The notes: generated by a model from the sequence alone, not told the origin. Counted from the first letter of the stretch, positions 23,911-34,610 are shown. The stretch is 64,000 nt of DNA from Candidatus Babeliales bacterium (GCA_050179755.1 JBFXEV010000001.1:873994-937993); one strand, 5' to 3'. Numbers and translations: made by a program.

Positions 23911-24073
23911 TAGAAATTTCATGCTGTGTTTTTTATATTACGTTTTTTGTCTTTTTGATTCAAGATAGAATAAGTAACTCAATACGGTTAGAATGGCAAT
24001 AGAGTGTGATAGCGTTTCTATGGTAACAGTTTAAGGCTCATGAAAAAGTAACAACATTCCAATATGGTAATTA

Positions 24074-24559
24074 ATGAGAGGGAGCAACATGCAAACGAAT
24101 AAAAAAGTACAGTTATTTACATCGCAAGAATTTAAAAAATATATTAAAAATAAACAAATTTATAAACAGGTGGTTTCAACTCCTGCAGGGTTATTAGAAG
24201 TTCAGGCAACTAAGGATGGCGTCTTTCAAGCAGCATTTGTAGATCAAACTACTCTGCACATTGAAGCCATGCTTAAATGTGATACAGTTTTGCTTGTGGG
24301 AACGCCATTTCAACAACACGTTTGGCAAGAAGCGCTGGCAATTTCTGCAGGAACTACCTTAAGTTATCATGATCTTGCGCATAAGATAGGAAAGCCGTCA
24401 GCGTTCCGCGCGGTAGCCAATGCATTGGGTGCAAATAACATATCATACATTGTGCCATGCCATAGAATTAAGCGCAAAAATGGTGATCTTGGCGGTTATG
24501 CGTGGGGCCTAGACCGCAAACAGGCTTTGCTTGCTTATGAGGCGGTAAAGACTACATGA
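24074..24559 (+). CDS. ogt: Methylated-DNA-protein-cysteine methyltransferase
   Basis: RAVANALGAN, PCHR active site, GGYAWG. Confidence 0.92.
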   Translation: MRGSNMQTNKKVQLFTSQEFKKYIKNKQIYKQVVSTPAGLLEVQATKDGVFQAAFVDQTTLHIEAMLKCDTVLLVGTPFQQHVWQEALAISAGTTLSYHDLAHKIGKPSAFRAVANALGANNISYIVPCHRIKRKNGDLGGYAWGLDRKQALLAYEAVKTT

Positions 24560-25335
24560 TTAATGCAGTGCAGCTTGGTGGCTACTTACTAAAAAACTCA
24601 CTTTATTTTTATATAGCATTGTTTACGCATCCTGCAATACAGATTATACAAGAATCTGATGTTCTCTATGTAACGTCATCAATACGTGATGAAACGTACA
24701 ACAATGTTTGGAAGACAAACTTTTCTGTTGAAACGCTCGATCAACGCATCAACGGTATTAAAAATATTTTTGGTGAACAACCATTCATTTGGTGGGTTGA
24801 TCCTTCTGATACACCTACTGATCTTACTAAATATCTTGAGCAGCATAAGTTCACCTTCGTGGAGCAAACAACAATTATGTATCATGCACAAAAGGAACTG
24901 TTGCCTTCTTGTACAGGCAATATTCAGGTGCGCAGGGTTTCGACTGCGCAGGAACTAGATGATTTTTGTACGGTTAAAGGAGGCACGCCAGAACAGATTG
25001 CGCTTAATAAGCAATTATTTGCTACATGTTGTGAGCAACAAAGATATCCGATTGAATTATTTGTCGCTTATCATGATCACGATCCGGTGTGTATTGCGGT
25101 TACCGTGCAACAAGATGGTATCGGCAGTATTCACTCTTTTGCTACCAAGCAAGAAGCACAAGGTAAAGGATACGGCACGCGTATGCTTAATTACGCGCTT
25201 GAGCGATTGTATAGCGCAGGATGCTCAATTGTTTTGCTTGATTCTAGAGCGCAAGCAATTAATTTTTATGAAAAAAATGGCTTTAAAGCAACCGAACTTA
25301 TTATTAAAGCGTATAGATCTCCATTATGCGCGTGA
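24556..25335 (+). CDS. GNAT family N-acetyltransferase
   Basis: QGKGYGT acetyl-CoA motif A; FYEKNGF. Confidence 0.88.
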   Translation: MINAVQLGGYLLKNSLYFYIALFTHPAIQIIQESDVLYVTSSIRDETYNNVWKTNFSVETLDQRINGIKNIFGEQPFIWWVDPSDTPTDLTKYLEQHKFTFVEQTTIMYHAQKELLPSCTGNIQVRRVSTAQELDDFCTVKGGTPEQIALNKQLFATCCEQQRYPIELFVAYHDHDPVCIAVTVQQDGIGSIHSFATKQEAQGKGYGTRMLNYALERLYSAGCSIVLLDSRAQAINFYEKNGFKATELIIKAYRSPLCA

Positions 25336-28300
25336 GGGGCGCAGTGCTTGTATAAAAAAGGCTGCAAGCGCACAGCAAAGAACTATGGTCAATAAGGTAC
25401 CAAGCCATATACCAGGGTAAGCGTTAAGTAATGCATCTTGCACTGCATCAATGCTCAAGTGTGTAGCAATAAGTATTGGTACAATGCAATAATTAAAGCG
25501 TAGAGCAACATAGTATACCGCAAATAATATCATGCCAATGCCCCAGCCAACAAGTAACCATACAAGCAATGATGACGATGGTTCAAAGCCTGCAAAAGCA
25601 ATGCCAAGGAGTATGCACACCAGGGTAAGATAACCATAGTTTTTGCGCCCGTAATCACTGAGCATATTAAGGCCATGAAGTATAAAAAGACTTATAAGTG
25701 TTGAGGCAATCATAGTGGTAGCCGTTCGTAACCCCATACTCAGCCACGGTAAATAAGCACCGGCATTACTAATATCAAGCCAGAGCGGTTTGCGTTGAGG
25801 CAGTGCCCAACTTGCAAAAGCGGTAGCGCCTGAAATCAACAAAGCAATACTTATACCCTGTAGCAATGTTTGTACAAGAGATTTAGAGCATCGGCCTTTA
25901 AGTAGGCCAATCGTATACCCTGCAAGCCATCCAAGAAACACCGTAATACCAACAGTTTGAATGAAAGTCATTGCAATTAGCATGCCCACTTGCCGCAGAT
26001 ACGGCGCGCTGGTGGCAAAGTCTATAGTGAGTACTGGCCAGAGGTTCCATAATTGTATGCAGGTTTTAAGCACCAGCAGCAAGACTGTAATAAGTGCAAA
26101 ACGCACGGCAAAAGGGTGAATTGGCCGTCTTCGTATAATAAGACCTGCCAGTAGCATCATCAGCGCCACCAAAAGAATAAGCGAACCATTTTTGACAAGT
26201 TGTTCTAATTTTGTTTCAAATTCATACGCACGCTCCCATGTTTCGGGAATATGCAGTACGCGGTCATGACTGGTAATTTGGTCACCGCCAAGAGTGATGC
26301 GTATACGCAGTTGACCTTCACCCAGATCAGGGCCTTGTTTGAGGCGATAGATAAATTCCCAATCTTTTCGATTAGGTTGTTTTTCTTCGCGAGCTGAAAC
26401 TTCTACTACGTCGTCAGGGGTTACATTGTAACGCGTTTTTAGAACTTCATGCGTCATTGCGCGTGCTTGGTCTTGTGTTAGAGTTGCACCTTCTTGTTCT
26501 TTTGGTAGTACGTGTTGATATTCCACAACAGAACCATCATGGCCCACGTATATATCATATTCTTCGGCACTTTTTGCAATATCCGGTGCATCAAATTCTG
26601 CGCTTCTTACTTTCCAATGAGGTGCCATTATAAACTTGCCATCTAGTTCATTATAAATTTCTTTGCCCTTGGTGCGCCATACAAAGAGGTTATCTTTGGT
26701 GAGTTTGCCCCCCACATTTGAAAGTACGCTTAGTTCTTTTGGTATAGTAAGATTAAACTCCTGAGCTGATTGATGTGCACGTTCTACTGCTTGTTCGCGT
26801 GTTATGCTCAGTGGTTTTACGTCTTGGGCTTTATGTCTGAGCAGGCCCCATGTAGTCAATCCAAGTAAGCCTATAAAAAGAATAGGTAGGCGATAGAGTG
26901 AAGGTTGTATTGGTTCTTTATGCATTGGGTCTTCCTTTGCCGCAGCGCCTTGCATAGGGGATTGCCATAATCCGTTGTACCAACGTTCTGATAACGTGTG
27001 GAATCTGCCTTTTACAATGCGTGCGTACAGCAATACCATTAGCGGCACAAGACCGCATAAAATAACTATTGCTTTATTTACTATGCTACCCGGTGCATCA
27101 GAAATAAAAATGGGTAACGCCATGAGAATAAGATCATATATGACGTGTGATATAATGGCAGGAATCAAGCCAAAAGCAAGGTACAATCCGCCAAATACAA
27201 ACGATGGAATAATAAGTTCTACCAAACGAGCATACGCAGGCTGTGCAGGGTAACTTGCATGCGCTCCTGCAAAAATGATAGCTTGTAAAATCATGGCGCC
27301 ACCAAGCCACAAATATTTTTTGCCAAACCGTTTTGCAAGAAGCATTGCGCTTGCAAGGGGTACGGCGCGGAATAAGCATTCTTCCCAGAACCCTGCACGT
27401 AATGCAGTAATAACTGATGAAAACCAAGGTGCGTAACTTGCAAGCACGTTGGGGTCAATCAATGTATCGGCAGGTGACCACCAACCAAGATATTTAAAGG
27501 AAAGTAAATAAAATAAGGTGACAAAAATAAAATCAAATCCAACCATAAGATAGCCGCCGATTGTTCTGCCCACAATCTGCCATGATGAAGCTACTTCAGG
27601 GTCTGCAGATGGCCATAATTGTACTTGATTAGGGAACGCCTTGCGTGTTAAGTTTTCTGCTGCCATAAAGCTGAGGTAGAGCATTAAAAACGTAGACCCA
27701 AATGACATTAATATCGATTGTACGATGCTGAGTATAAACGTAAGTGTGGAAGTAGTAGTTTGGTAATACATCCACCAGAGTGAATAGTTATTAACCATAC
27801 TGAGCGCCATACCAAGCGCAATAAATAATGCCCAATAAAACGGAGCTCGTGAGATTAACCAATGACGGTTTGATCGTACTAAAAGAATAAGCCCCAAAAT
27901 GCAACCAAGTAAAATATACAGCAAAAACATTGCAGCGCTGGACCACGTGGCAATACTATTATTGGCAGAACGCATACAGGCATAGCGGCGCTCAAAAGAT
28001 TCTGGAATTTTTAAATCAACCATTGTTTTGGTTGGTTTGTTACCCGAGATTCGAATTGTTACGCGATACGGCGCATCAGCAATTTTTGCATCGGTGCGTT
28101 CATAGACAAGCGTATGGTCAATGCGGCCGTTTGGCTTTTCTTCTGTAGAATGTTCTACGAGCATATGTTTGCTAAAATCAATAAACCAGTTGGTGCTTGC
28201 AGATTCCTGTGCAAGTTGCTCAGCTTGCGCTTTATCAAGATTAGGCAGTTCCATGCTATCAGGTAGTAATTCTCTAAAGCCGTATGGTCTGCCATCAGGC

Positions 28301-28671
28301 ATAAAAAATATCATGGCTTCATGTTTTTCCATTGGTTTAAAATGGCGCACTTGCCAGTAATAGGGCGCAAAATATTCTTCTTTAATGACGTCGCGGAATT
28401 TCTCTACACCGCCAGCCTCAAGCTGAATATATATTTTTGCTTTATCATCACTTGCAAATATGATCGCTTGGCGATGTTCTTGTGGCCCAATGTTATGAGC
28501 TGTGGTAATTTCTTGCGCTCTGGCAAGAGCAGATGATCTATCCATAGTAAGATCAATAGAGACTATGGGAAACGCTATCGGAAAGAGTTGAAACGCAGCA
28601 TAAGCCAAACTAAACGAGATTGCTGTTGCCAGTACCCAGAACCATGATTTATTAAAGATAGTTGCTTGCAT
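25324..28671 (-). CDS. Large CPBP/Abi (CAAX protease-like) intramembrane metalloprotease with duplicated architecture
   Basis: WEECLFR, FAGAH, AIISH motifs; two similar soluble-domain plus TM halves. Confidence 0.8.
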   Translation of the reverse strand: MQATIFNKSWFWVLATAISFSLAYAAFQLFPIAFPIVSIDLTMDRSSALARAQEITTAHNIGPQEHRQAIIFASDDKAKIYIQLEAGGVEKFRDVIKEEYFAPYYWQVRHFKPMEKHEAMIFFMPDGRPYGFRELLPDSMELPNLDKAQAEQLAQESASTNWFIDFSKHMLVEHSTEEKPNGRIDHTLVYERTDAKIADAPYRVTIRISGNKPTKTMVDLKIPESFERRYACMRSANNSIATWSSAAMFLLYILLGCILGLILLVRSNRHWLISRAPFYWALFIALGMALSMVNNYSLWWMYYQTTTSTLTFILSIVQSILMSFGSTFLMLYLSFMAAENLTRKAFPNQVQLWPSADPEVASSWQIVGRTIGGYLMVGFDFIFVTLFYLLSFKYLGWWSPADTLIDPNVLASYAPWFSSVITALRAGFWEECLFRAVPLASAMLLAKRFGKKYLWLGGAMILQAIIFAGAHASYPAQPAYARLVELIIPSFVFGGLYLAFGLIPAIISHVIYDLILMALPIFISDAPGSIVNKAIVILCGLVPLMVLLYARIVKGRFHTLSERWYNGLWQSPMQGAAAKEDPMHKEPIQPSLYRLPILFIGLLGLTTWGLLRHKAQDVKPLSITREQAVERAHQSAQEFNLTIPKELSVLSNVGGKLTKDNLFVWRTKGKEIYNELDGKFIMAPHWKVRSAEFDAPDIAKSAEEYDIYVGHDGSVVEYQHVLPKEQEGATLTQDQARAMTHEVLKTRYNVTPDDVVEVSAREEKQPNRKDWEFIYRLKQGPDLGEGQLRIRITLGGDQITSHDRVLHIPETWERAYEFETKLEQLVKNGSLILLVALMMLLAGLIIRRRPIHPFAVRFALITVLLLVLKTCIQLWNLWPVLTIDFATSAPYLRQVGMLIAMTFIQTVGITVFLGWLAGYTIGLLKGRCSKSLVQTLLQGISIALLISGATAFASWALPQRKPLWLDISNAGAYLPWLSMGLRTATTMIASTLISLFILHGLNMLSDYGRKNYGYLTLVCILLGIAFAGFEPSSSLLVWLLVGWGIGMILFAVYYVALRFNYCIVPILIATHLSIDAVQDALLNAYPGIWLGTLLTIVLCCALAAFFIQALRPSRA

Positions 28672-28749
28672 TAATGACCCTTTAATTCATAAAAAGAATT
28701 TCTATTTCTTCTTTAAGGATAGTTGGGCCAAAAAAAATAAGCAATAAAA

Positions 28750-28778
28750 GAGCGAGTGTTATGGTGTAACACTCGCTC
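28750..28778. terminator. Perfect 12-bp hairpin, likely terminator of 28813..29379
   Basis: GAGCGAGTGTTA-TGGTG-TAACACTCGCTC; TTTTATT follows on the minus strand. Confidence 0.7.
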
Positions 28779-28812
28779 ATAAAGTTATGTGGTCAGATTT
28801 ATATGTTGAGAA

Positions 28813-29379
28813 TTAGTCAGCGTTCAAGTTCATGCCGTCAAGAACCATTGCAATGAGTTCTTCGTTTTCTTCATCATCTGGGCTAGAATTTTCAGGAACT
28901 GCAGGAGCTACAGGCGCTGCAAGTACCAAGGGCGCTCGTAAAGCCTCTGCCCACTGAGTGAGTTGATTAAACGAGCGTTTTTGTTTTATCAGATGAGTAG
29001 GAATCGCGCTTTTACAACGTGCAAGAGCAACAAAGTAGACAGGAGGTAAAAAGCCATCTTCTTCATACGCTTGTCTGTATTCTTGGTAAAACTGCTGATA
29101 AAGCGCCTTGTAATGATTTATGGCTGCTTGATGTGTCTGCTTTTCATCGAGAGCTTCAGCGCAAGCAGTAAGTTCTACCCCAATAGGTTTTGGTAAAGAA
29201 TTATGCTTATTTTCATTTTTTCTTGAATTTCGTTTAGACTTTGTTGCTCGTTCAATCTGTTCTTTTTTTGGTGCACGGCGATCGGTAAGATCCCGCGAAT
29301 TGCTGCGTTTCATAGCATTTATTTGAAAGCAAACAGTAATAATGGCACTAAGAGTTATGAGTAAGTTTTTGTTTTTCAT
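28813..29379 (-). CDS. Secreted hypothetical protein (basic N-region, acidic tail)
   Basis: Signal peptide FQINA|MKR; paralogue of 29389..29763. Confidence 0.65.
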   Translation of the reverse strand: MKNKNLLITLSAIITVCFQINAMKRSNSRDLTDRRAPKKEQIERATKSKRNSRKNENKHNSLPKPIGVELTACAEALDEKQTHQAAINHYKALYQQFYQEYRQAYEEDGFLPPVYFVALARCKSAIPTHLIKQKRSFNQLTQWAEALRAPLVLAAPVAPAVPENSSPDDEENEELIAMVLDGMNLNAD

Positions 29380-29388
29380 GTGGATATC

Positions 29389-29763
29389 CTATAACGATAC
29401 TTCGTCAAAAATTTCATCGGTGCTGAGAGACTCATTCGTTTTTGGTTTGTTTTGAGGCGCTTTCAGCATTTTAGTGACAATTTTTAAATTACCAAATTTA
29501 CCTTTAAGGCGTAGTTGATCTTGCGGCACTTGGTTGTAATACTTTTCAAGTTCCTGATAAAAATAGCCTGGTAAGTAAGCACGGCATTGTTGTGCCGCTC
29601 GGTACTGTGAATTAAGAAGATAAAACGCTTCTTGTAGCTGATTTTCTTGTGCAGGAGACCAAGTAAGCTGAGTTGTTTGTTTTGGTGCTTTTTCCATAGC
29701 CATTGATTCCGCTGATAAGGCAGTGAAAGCTAAAAATAATAGAATACGTGATATATGTTTCAT
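29389..29763 (-). CDS. Secreted hypothetical protein
   Basis: AGGAG RBS; signal peptide AESMA|MEK. Confidence 0.65.
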   Translation of the reverse strand: MKHISRILLFLAFTALSAESMAMEKAPKQTTQLTWSPAQENQLQEAFYLLNSQYRAAQQCRAYLPGYFYQELEKYYNQVPQDQLRLKGKFGNLKIVTKMLKAPQNKPKTNESLSTDEIFDEVSL

Positions 29764-29864
29764 GCTAGTCTCCTAGTATTAAAAGAGATGAATATTAATA
29801 AATCTTGGTATAGGAATAGTGTATCAGAAATTGCCAAATAGTCAAGTTTTGCATAAGGCTTTAG

Positions 29865-31202
29865 TTATTCTGAAAATAGCTCTAAAAGCTCGTAAACAGA
29901 GCTAAATTGGCGTAATTTTACACTGCTTTTCATGCCCTTTGCTTTGGCAGTAAAAAGTGTTTCTATGCCAAATTTTTCGGCTTCGTTCATATGGAGTTGC
30001 ATGCGATTAGTTGGTTTTATGTCACCGGTTAGGCTCATTTCACCAAGCACTAAAGATTTATGCGCAAGCGGCTTTTGATAGTAGCTTGAAAGGAGTGCCA
30101 TGGCGATTGCAAGATCTGCCGCACTTTCCTTAATTTTAAAGCCGCCACTCACTTTAAAAAAGATATCTTGTTCAGATAGTTTAATGCGTAAATATTTTTC
30201 CAAGATGGCAGCAATAAGCACTACTTGTTTGTGATCAATACCAGAGATCACGCGTTGTGGTATGCCAAATTTACTTGGCACGGTAAGCGCTTGCAATTCA
30301 AGCATCAAAGGGCGTGAGCCTTCAAGAGTGCTTGTGAGCACTGAGCCTGGCGCAAACGTGGCTTGTTCAAGCAATATTTGATTAATGTTGGGAACTTCTT
30401 GCAGGCCTTGTTCTTCCATTTGAAAAAAACCAAGTTCATGTATGGGGCCAAAACGGTTTTTAACAGAACGTAAAATACGTATGTGGTATTGATCTTCACC
30501 TTGCAAATAAAATACGCCATCTACCATATGTTCAAGCATCTTAGGTCCTGCAATATGGCCTTCTTTGGTTATGTGTCCTGTTAAAATAGTTGCAATGTTA
30601 TGTTCTTTTGCAAGCCGCATTAAATGGAACGCAGATTCGCGCAATTGCCCAACGCTACCAGGTATTGTATGCGTGTCGCCAGAAAAGCAATTTTGAATTG
30701 AATCAACTACAATAAGCGTGGGTTTTTGTTGCTCGCATGTTGCAATAATAGATCCCAAGTTTGCTTGATCAGAAAATAATATGTTGTTATTCAAGCAATT
30801 AAGGCGTTGGGCTCTCCCGCGCACTTGTTCAAGAGATTCTTCAGATGAAAAATAAAGTACGTGGTGATCTTGCGCCAATTGATGTACCACTTGCAAAAGA
30901 AGCGTTGATTTACCAATGCCCGGATCACCCGTTAGAATAAGGAGAGAGCCTGGCACAATGCCGCCGCCCATTACGCGATCCCATTCGCCAATATGTGAAA
31001 GTATGCGCGTATGCGTAAGCGGGCTTACCTCTTGCAAATTTGTTAATGCTAACGCTCCACTGGTAGAGCCCACTTTAGAAGAAAGCGTGGGTTGCAATTC
31101 GGTAATGCTGCCCCATTCATTGCATTCTGAGCAACAGCCAATCCATTTTGGTGGGCGGTAATCGCAATTGGTGCAGTAAAATTTAATTGTTTGTTTGGCC
31201 AT
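29865..31202 (-). CDS. radA: DNA repair protein RadA/Sms
   Basis: C4 zinc finger, GDPGIGKST, KNRFG; start re-called at MAKQ. Confidence 0.96.
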   Translation of the reverse strand: MAKQTIKFYCTNCDYRPPKWIGCCSECNEWGSITELQPTLSSKVGSTSGALALTNLQEVSPLTHTRILSHIGEWDRVMGGGIVPGSLLILTGDPGIGKSTLLLQVVHQLAQDHHVLYFSSEESLEQVRGRAQRLNCLNNNILFSDQANLGSIIATCEQQKPTLIVVDSIQNCFSGDTHTIPGSVGQLRESAFHLMRLAKEHNIATILTGHITKEGHIAGPKMLEHMVDGVFYLQGEDQYHIRILRSVKNRFGPIHELGFFQMEEQGLQEVPNINQILLEQATFAPGSVLTSTLEGSRPLMLELQALTVPSKFGIPQRVISGIDHKQVVLIAAILEKYLRIKLSEQDIFFKVSGGFKIKESAADLAIAMALLSSYYQKPLAHKSLVLGEMSLTGDIKPTNRMQLHMNEAEKFGIETLFTAKAKGMKSSVKLRQFSSVYELLELFSE

Positions 31203-31257
31203 TCTACTTGGCCTCAATGTGGAAACCATTAAGAGCAACGTTCATGGCCAGTTGTGC

Positions 31258-31290
31258 CCTTCGTCCTTCGACAAGCTCAGGATGAGCGGA
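31258..31290. repeat. REP-like palindromic element
   Basis: CGTCCTTCGACAAGCTCAGGATGAGCG, GC-rich imperfect hairpin between tdk and radA. Confidence 0.5.
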
Positions 31291-31355
31291 TTTTAGCCAA
31301 GTAGGGTTAAGGCTACGAAGAATTACGCGCAATAGTACAGTCGTGGTGCGCTTCA

Positions 31356-31952
31356 TTATAGCTGTGGCATTTCGTCAATTTGATGGCACGATCTGCAACG
31401 AGCTTGGTATTGTTCTTCAGCGCCGATCACAATGAGTGGATCATCATGGCGTGCTGGTTTTCCATTAACAAGACGTTGGGTAAAGTGTGCATTTTTGCCG
31501 CAGTGGATGCAGATTGCTTGTAACTTTGTTACGTTATCTGCGATAGCCATAAGCGTGGGAATACAACCAAATGGTTTGCCACGAAAATCAAGATCCAATC
31601 CCGCAACAAGCACGCGTTTTCCTCGGTTTACTAAATCGCATATTACTTGTATTATCGACATATCAAAAAATTGTACTTCATCAATACCAACTACCGTGAC
31701 ATTGCTGGTGGTAAGTTCAAGTATGTCTTGAGGTTTTTCAAGTGGAATTGCTTTTAACTTACTGCCGCAATGCGATACAACATATTCAATAGTAGAGCGA
31801 TTATCAAGGCTATGTTTAAAAACAAGAACATTTTGTTTTGCAAGTTCTGCCCGCTTGAGTCTGCGAATTAACTCTTCAGATTTTCCAGAGAACATTGATC
31901 CGCAAATAATTTCTAAACTTCCTTTTTGTACTTCTTCATGCATGGCCGTCAT
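31356..31952 (-). CDS. tdk: Thymidine kinase
   Basis: GSMFSGKSEEL, IDEVQF, AGLDLDFRG, C-terminal Zn cysteines. Confidence 0.96.
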   Translation of the reverse strand: MTAMHEEVQKGSLEIICGSMFSGKSEELIRRLKRAELAKQNVLVFKHSLDNRSTIEYVVSHCGSKLKAIPLEKPQDILELTTSNVTVVGIDEVQFFDMSIIQVICDLVNRGKRVLVAGLDLDFRGKPFGCIPTLMAIADNVTKLQAICIHCGKNAHFTQRLVNGKPARHDDPLIVIGAEEQYQARCRSCHQIDEMPQL

Positions 31953-31961
31953 AAATATCCT

Positions 31962-32225
31962 TTAGTATTTTTTTGCTTTTCGTTGTGTAAGAGTTCGTGC
32001 TGCGGCAAATTGATGTTCGCCGTATTCTTCATCTCGTTCTTGTTGTTCTTGCCATTTATAAATGCGTGCAAGTGATCGATTAGTTTCCTTTTGTTTTTTT
32101 AGTTTGCTATTTCTAACCTGGCTAATGCTACTTTTTTCACTTGCATGTGTATGCAAAATAACAAGTGATGCAAGGAGTGCAGCGCACATTTTTTTTAGTT
32201 GCATAAATTCTTTCAACGTATACAT
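31962..32225 (-). CDS. Small hypothetical secreted protein
   Basis: Hydrophobic N-terminus LHTHA|SEK. Confidence 0.45.
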   Translation of the reverse strand: MYTLKEFMQLKKMCAALLASLVILHTHASEKSSISQVRNSKLKKQKETNRSLARIYKWQEQQERDEEYGEHQFAAARTLTQRKAKKY

Positions 32226-32318
32226 TTAATGTTGTCCATTCTTGTAAAAAAGAGTATATAGAATGTGATACTTTTTACCATCTAAAAAATTTAAGTATTG
32301 AAAATGTAAGGAACTTAT

Positions 32319-33668
32319 ATGTGTGCGGCTCCTCAAGATGTTTTGGCAACCATTGATGCACAAACGGCGTATCATGAATCAACTTCAGTTGATCAAGTGC
32401 TCGTAGTAGAACCATCTACTGGACTTCGTGGGCAAGTTGAATTAGTTGGTGCAAAAAATGCTGTGCTTGCAATTATGGCATCGTTAATCTTAACGGAAGG
32501 AATTTCCACGCTTACTAATGTTCCTAATTCACATGACGTGCGTCAAATGATTCAATTATTGCGTGATCTTGGTGCGCACGTTACGTTTGACGTGCATAAG
32601 CATCAACTTGAAGTTGACACAACATTTTTATGTAAATACACGGTGTCGCCAGCTATTATGAAAAAAATGCGCGCAAGCGTGCTGGTGATGGGTCCATTAC
32701 TTGCTCGTTTTGGTAGAGCAGATATTGCTATGCCTGGCGGTTGTTTAATTGGTGCGCGCCCCATTGATATTCATTTGAAAAATTTTGAAAAAATGGGTGT
32801 GGTGCTCTCTCAAGAGGCAGAGTTTTTAAATGCAAAAGCAGATGCATTAACGGCCACACATCTTGTGCTTGAGTATCCAAGCGTGGGCGCGACCGAAAAT
32901 CTTTTGATGGCGGCCGTAAAAACACGTGGCATTACACGATTAATAAATGCAGCCCTTGAACCTGAGGTGCTTGATTTAATTTCAGTTATGATGGCAATGG
33001 GTGCAAAAATAAATATATTAGCTCCTGCGACCATTGAGATTGAAGGGGTTTCTACGTTAAAGCCTGTTAATCATGCGGTAATGTATGATCGGCTAGAAGC
33101 AGGATCTTTATTGATTGCCGTTGCGGTGACTGGTGGGCAAGTAACGTTGCCGCAAGCCAGATGGGATCATATGGATGTGTTTCTTTTTAAATTAGAAGAA
33201 ATGGGGCATCATGTGCTGCGCGGGCCTAATGGTGTGGGCATTACGTTAGTAGCAACGCGCGAGCCGCGTGCTGTTTCTTTTACCACCGCTCCGTATCCAG
33301 GATTTCCTACTGACCTGCAAGCGCCTATGATGGTAGCACAATGTTTTGCGCGTGGTCAAAGCGTTATACATGAAACAGTATTTGAAAATCGTTTTTTGCA
33401 TGTGAGAGAGCTTCAGAAAATGGGTGCACAAATTACTATTAAAGGCGATCGTGCCTATGTTTCCGGTGTTGAAGAGCTCTATGGAGCAAAAGTAATTGCT
33501 ACTGATATTCGTGCGTCGTGTGCTCTTGCAATAGCTGGTTTAAAAGCTAAAGGGCAAACGGTGATTACGGGCTTGCAGCATTGGCAACGTGGCTACGAAG
33601 CGCTTGAACAAAAAATAGGTCAACTAGGCGGTATGATTCGCTTAGAGACTACCAATCAAATCAGTTAA
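32319..33668 (+). CDS. murA: UDP-N-acetylglucosamine 1-carboxyvinyltransferase
   Basis: GAKNA, PGGCLIGARP, PGFPTDLQ, TDIRA. Confidence 0.97.
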   Translation: MCAAPQDVLATIDAQTAYHESTSVDQVLVVEPSTGLRGQVELVGAKNAVLAIMASLILTEGISTLTNVPNSHDVRQMIQLLRDLGAHVTFDVHKHQLEVDTTFLCKYTVSPAIMKKMRASVLVMGPLLARFGRADIAMPGGCLIGARPIDIHLKNFEKMGVVLSQEAEFLNAKADALTATHLVLEYPSVGATENLLMAAVKTRGITRLINAALEPEVLDLISVMMAMGAKINILAPATIEIEGVSTLKPVNHAVMYDRLEAGSLLIAVAVTGGQVTLPQARWDHMDVFLFKLEEMGHHVLRGPNGVGITLVATREPRAVSFTTAPYPGFPTDLQAPMMVAQCFARGQSVIHETVFENRFLHVRELQKMGAQITIKGDRAYVSGVEELYGAKVIATDIRASCALAIAGLKAKGQTVITGLQHWQRGYEALEQKIGQLGGMIRLETTNQIS

Positions 33669-34508
33669 TTCGCGAGTAATTTTTGCTTGACGCCGTTTAT
33701 TATAATCAAGCGTCATATCATCAAGTAAGTTGCGAGCATTGCGGGTTGAATTGTCCATAGCAACAAATCGAGCCGCTTGCTCTGCGGTGAGTGAAGTAAG
33801 TAAAATATCTTGAAGATTTGCAAGTAATAAGCTTTGTGCAAGTGCTGAAAGTAAGCGTTCAGGTGTTTGTTCCCATTCAAATCCTTCGTGAGCATCATGT
33901 TCAAGAGATGCAGCCTGGGGCAGCGCAAGAGGAATCAATGTAGAGCTTTCGGGAACTTGTACAAAAAATGATTTTGACCAATTACTGTACACGGTAACCG
34001 ACGTATAGAAAGGCTCTGAATGCATAATATGCCAAGTCACTTGTGCGGCAATATCAGTAAATGTAGTGTGGGTAAAATTATTGAATTCTTTCACGATAGT
34101 ATAACGATGGAGTTCGCGCGCGTAATCGCCTGCTCGTTTGCCTATTACAATGAGATCGCTATGATCCTGTGGAGCTTTTGATTGCGAGCGTTCAAAGAAT
34201 GCAAATAAACTTTGGTTAAAAGTGCCACATAGCCCTTTTTGAGAGCCCACTAAAATAATAAGCGACCGTGGTGGCGTTGGTTCTTCAGACTGAGGCTTTG
34301 GTAATAAAATGGGGTGGTGCCAAGAAGGTGCGTGAGCGTAGACTTGCGCAAATAGTGTTGAAAGTTCTTGAGCATACTGCGTAAGAGCTGTTTTTTTATT
34401 GCGCAAGCGCGTGTGTGACGACATAGAAATAAGTCGCATGGCATGCGTAATTTTTTGGATAGTTTCTACTGCTTTCATGCGTTGGCGCATGAGCATTAAT
34501 ACAGACAT
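33642..34508 (-). CDS. atpG: F1 ATP synthase gamma subunit
   Basis: QKITHAM, KGLCGTFN, EQAARFVAM, RQAKITRELT. Confidence 0.93.
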   Translation of the reverse strand: MSVLMLMRQRMKAVETIQKITHAMRLISMSSHTRLRNKKTALTQYAQELSTLFAQVYAHAPSWHHPILLPKPQSEEPTPPRSLIILVGSQKGLCGTFNQSLFAFFERSQSKAPQDHSDLIVIGKRAGDYARELHRYTIVKEFNNFTHTTFTDIAAQVTWHIMHSEPFYTSVTVYSNWSKSFFVQVPESSTLIPLALPQAASLEHDAHEGFEWEQTPERLLSALAQSLLLANLQDILLTSLTAEQAARFVAMDNSTRNARNLLDDMTLDYNKRRQAKITRELTDLIGSL

Positions 34509-34610
34509 GTATTCCTTTCACAAATCTTCTGTTTCTAACTCTACCTTGCGGCAGAATCTTTTGCAATAGTTTTTTCTTATCTGATACACTATACAAAATG
34601 AGGAGATGCT

